A stretch of DNA of 64,000 nucleotides from Octopus bimaculoides (lineage: Eukaryota): the NCBI RefSeq assembly GCF_001194135.2, contig NC_068984.1, positions 82,483,527-82,547,526 of the forward strand, given 5' to 3'. The position numbers and the translations under genes are program-made. Below the pieces are notes generated by a model. The model worked only from the letters and a program-made list of their open reading frames with translations. It was not told where the DNA came from and did no database searches. The stretch's first letter is position 1; each line of letters starts with the position of its first letter. Below, piece by piece: positions 61,433-64,000 of the stretch.

Positions 61433-63938
61433 GTATAGGTGTAAGTATGTACATATACGTATGTATATATACATATATATTATTTATATTATATGTATGT
61501 GTGTTTGTAGCTGTTTGGTTGAGAAGCCTGCATCTCAAACGTGGTCTTAGATTTAATCCCACTGCGCGGCACATTGTGCAAGTGTCTTTTGATATGTGTA
61601 TTAGTGTATGTGTGTGTCTATCTGTATGTCTAGCTGCCGTTTGACAACCGGTACTAGTTTGTTTACGTCCCAGTCCCGCAGAAGAGATCGGACTTAGCAG
61701 ATCCTATCAAACCGTCCAACCCAGCCCTGAAAACACACACAATGTAGGGAGGGAGCCTGTTTCCCTTCTCAGCAAGTTAGAAAAATGCTCTCACGTGGTT
61801 AAGAGTTGTTTTGACTCTTATTTCTAGCAATGTTGGTGCTTACTAGCACCCCTGTCTCTTTAGTGACAGCTGTACTTGTATATTGGTTCTAAATTGCGAA
61901 TAGCCACCTAAATAATTTATAATTCTCACTAAATCATTTTCGAAATTAGTCGATGTTTCCTATCAAGCATGACAAAATGAAACTGGTTTTTTTAATCGTC
62001 GGTGATGGAGTAATGGGTTACTAATGAAAATTGATTGACTCCATCTACTTGTCGTAGGGGTAGGAGCCTGTCTCTCTTATCAGCTCTCGCGTGACTATAA
62101 GCTGTTTTGACTCTTATTTCTAACACTGCAGGTGGTAACTAGCACCTTCTGTCCCTATAGTGACAATTGTGCTTATTGCCTATATATATATAAAATATAT
62201 TTACCAACTAAACGTGGGGGGTATCCTATAGAGGACGGTGTTACTGTTGTTTTTAGCCCAATGAAGACATCTTCCGCCAATGACACACAGTTTGTGTCCG
62301 ATTAGTATTAGTATATATATATGTAGTGGATCTTGCGTGCATGAAGTGGATTCGATCCACCATAGCCAAATTTAAATTAACGCTGCAACAGAACTTTTCC
62401 CACGGTGGAACAATGGTTTTTCTGCTACAGCAGTTTTACATTTTCCAGATGCTTTTAGCTCGGCCGAAATAATGTCTTCACCACTTGACCCTTTCTAACC
62501 TCTTCTACTTCACCAAAAGCTAGAATTAAGATAATAAGACCACCAACTAAATCTATTGTTCTCAATGATATGTCTATCCTTCTGGATAGTTATAAAAATA
62601 ATAAACCCCAAGCAAAAAGAATCCAGTCACCAGTCGGTGACGACTCAACGAGTCCAGTCATATGTTGACGGCTCATTGAGAACGAAGTCTGGCTAACCAG
62701 CTAGAACCTTGGTCAGAGGGAGAAATGAAATTTACTGTCAGCAACTGTGAGACAATGTCCCACACCCTACAACTCTCGCTAGCTCTAATTCTGTTTTCTT
62801 ACAACAGAAGACACGCATACACACATATATGTGCCCGCGTAATTTCAATGCATTCTCTTTTTTTTTATTATTATTATTAAATTTAGTGTTACATTGAGTA
62901 CTTTTCTTTGATACTTGTCACTTTTATGTTTTAATATTTAGTGTATAAAACCTATGCACAGCCACTAAAGAAATCTATTACATGAATTGATGAATAACCA
63001 TAAAGTGAAAAGCAATATCAGTGATTGTATACCTATCACTTTTATGTTTTAATAATTAGTGCCTTTTAGCTATCGAAATAGTGAGTTATAAAATTTTGAA
63101 TTGGCAAAAGTGACGACGATACGCACTATTGAGAGGGAACCATTTAAACAGAGAACGACTGATACGACAGTTGCAGTAGATTTTCCGATTAAAAGGATAT
63201 ATTAATGTCTATTCTTTGATTGATATTGCANNNNNNNNNNNNNNNNNNNNNNNNNNNNNNNNNNNNNNNNNNNNNNNNNNNNNNNNNNNNNNNNNNNNNN
63301 NNNNNNNNNNNNNNNNNNNNNNNNNNNNNNATGTAGTTTTTATATCATATTTCTGTTTTCATATGTTTGGTGTATGACTTCATACAGAAGTGACCTTTGG
63401 TGATGTCAAGGCCATTAGACTGACGTTTATTTTTTTCTGTTTATGCCTGCACAAAGCTATCGGCAGCTCATCCAGAATTTAATTCCCGGTCCTCGACAAA
63501 ACTCATACACTGACAAACACACATACATACGCACGCAAACACACGCGCACGCTTACGTAATTTCAGTGCTTTCTCTCTTTTTTTAATTATTATTATTAGT
63601 TGTACCTCGGGTAATTTTACACTAAAGTGAAATCAGAATTTGATTTGGAATTTTCTTACCTAAATTTAGGCTGCATGTTACTTCGACTACGCACTCAGAA
63701 TTTTCCATGGTGCAAATTTCTGCATTTCTACATGAATGTTAGTCATCATCAAAAGATTAGAAACAAATGAAAATCGTCATAGATTTGAAATATTCGTAGG
63801 ACAAATATCACTCAATATAAAAATAATTCATTTTTATAAATGTTTTTGAAATACTTTTAATTCCTTCATAATATACAACTCAAAAACCCGCAATCCACGC
63901 AAATTCTTATGTTTGTTCCCGCGGAGAATTACTTATGC

Positions 63939-64000
63939 CAGGGGTGCCCAGTACGTTGATCGCGATCTTCCGATCGATCGCAAAGGCAGTGTGGGTAGAT
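63939..64000 (+). mobile_element. Start of a probable hAT-type element, truncated by the window edge
   Basis: caggggtgcccag...gatcgcgatcttccgatcgatcgc resembles hAT/Charlie termini. Only 62 nt are visible. Confidence 0.45.

Noticed and set aside
1-64000. CRISPR arrays, rRNA, intact tRNA, snoRNA or miRNA genes
   Set aside because: No regularly spaced repeat-spacer array and no recognisable rRNA. The tRNA-like sequences are SINE heads or a pseudogene. Small RNA genes cannot be excluded without covariance-model searches.

Overview
Eukaryotic, AT-rich, microsatellite- and transposon-dense genomic DNA. The SINE/MITE families look like those of an octopus (inference from recalled repeat families, not a database search). 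Two convergent protein-coding genes are supported. (1) The 3' part of CAD on the + strand: DHO-ATC linker and complete aspartate transcarbamoylase domain, in seven confident exons at 14881-21923 plus a candidate 36-nt microexon at 7049-7084. (2) A complete DNAJB1/4/5-type Hsp40 on the - strand: coding exons 43725-42928 and 34772-34542, 342 aa, with an 8.2-kb intron. The Hsp40 promoter has a palindromic TATA, a six-unit heat-shock element and an exact ERSE overlapping a UPRE. About 320 bp further upstream lies a ~560-bp foldback that resembles none of the window's repeats, followed by a 4.4-kb run of co-oriented transposon fragments (CRE-like RLE, gag-like ORF1, pogo, hAT). The rest is Tc1/mariner, Tx1/L1, RTE, SINE, Helitron-like and MITE debris. 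There are no CRISPR arrays, rRNA or prokaryotic features. Coordinates were counted by hand; exon and TSD/TIR boundaries are exact to my count, and degenerate repeat boundaries are approximate. Six N gaps interrupt the assembly.
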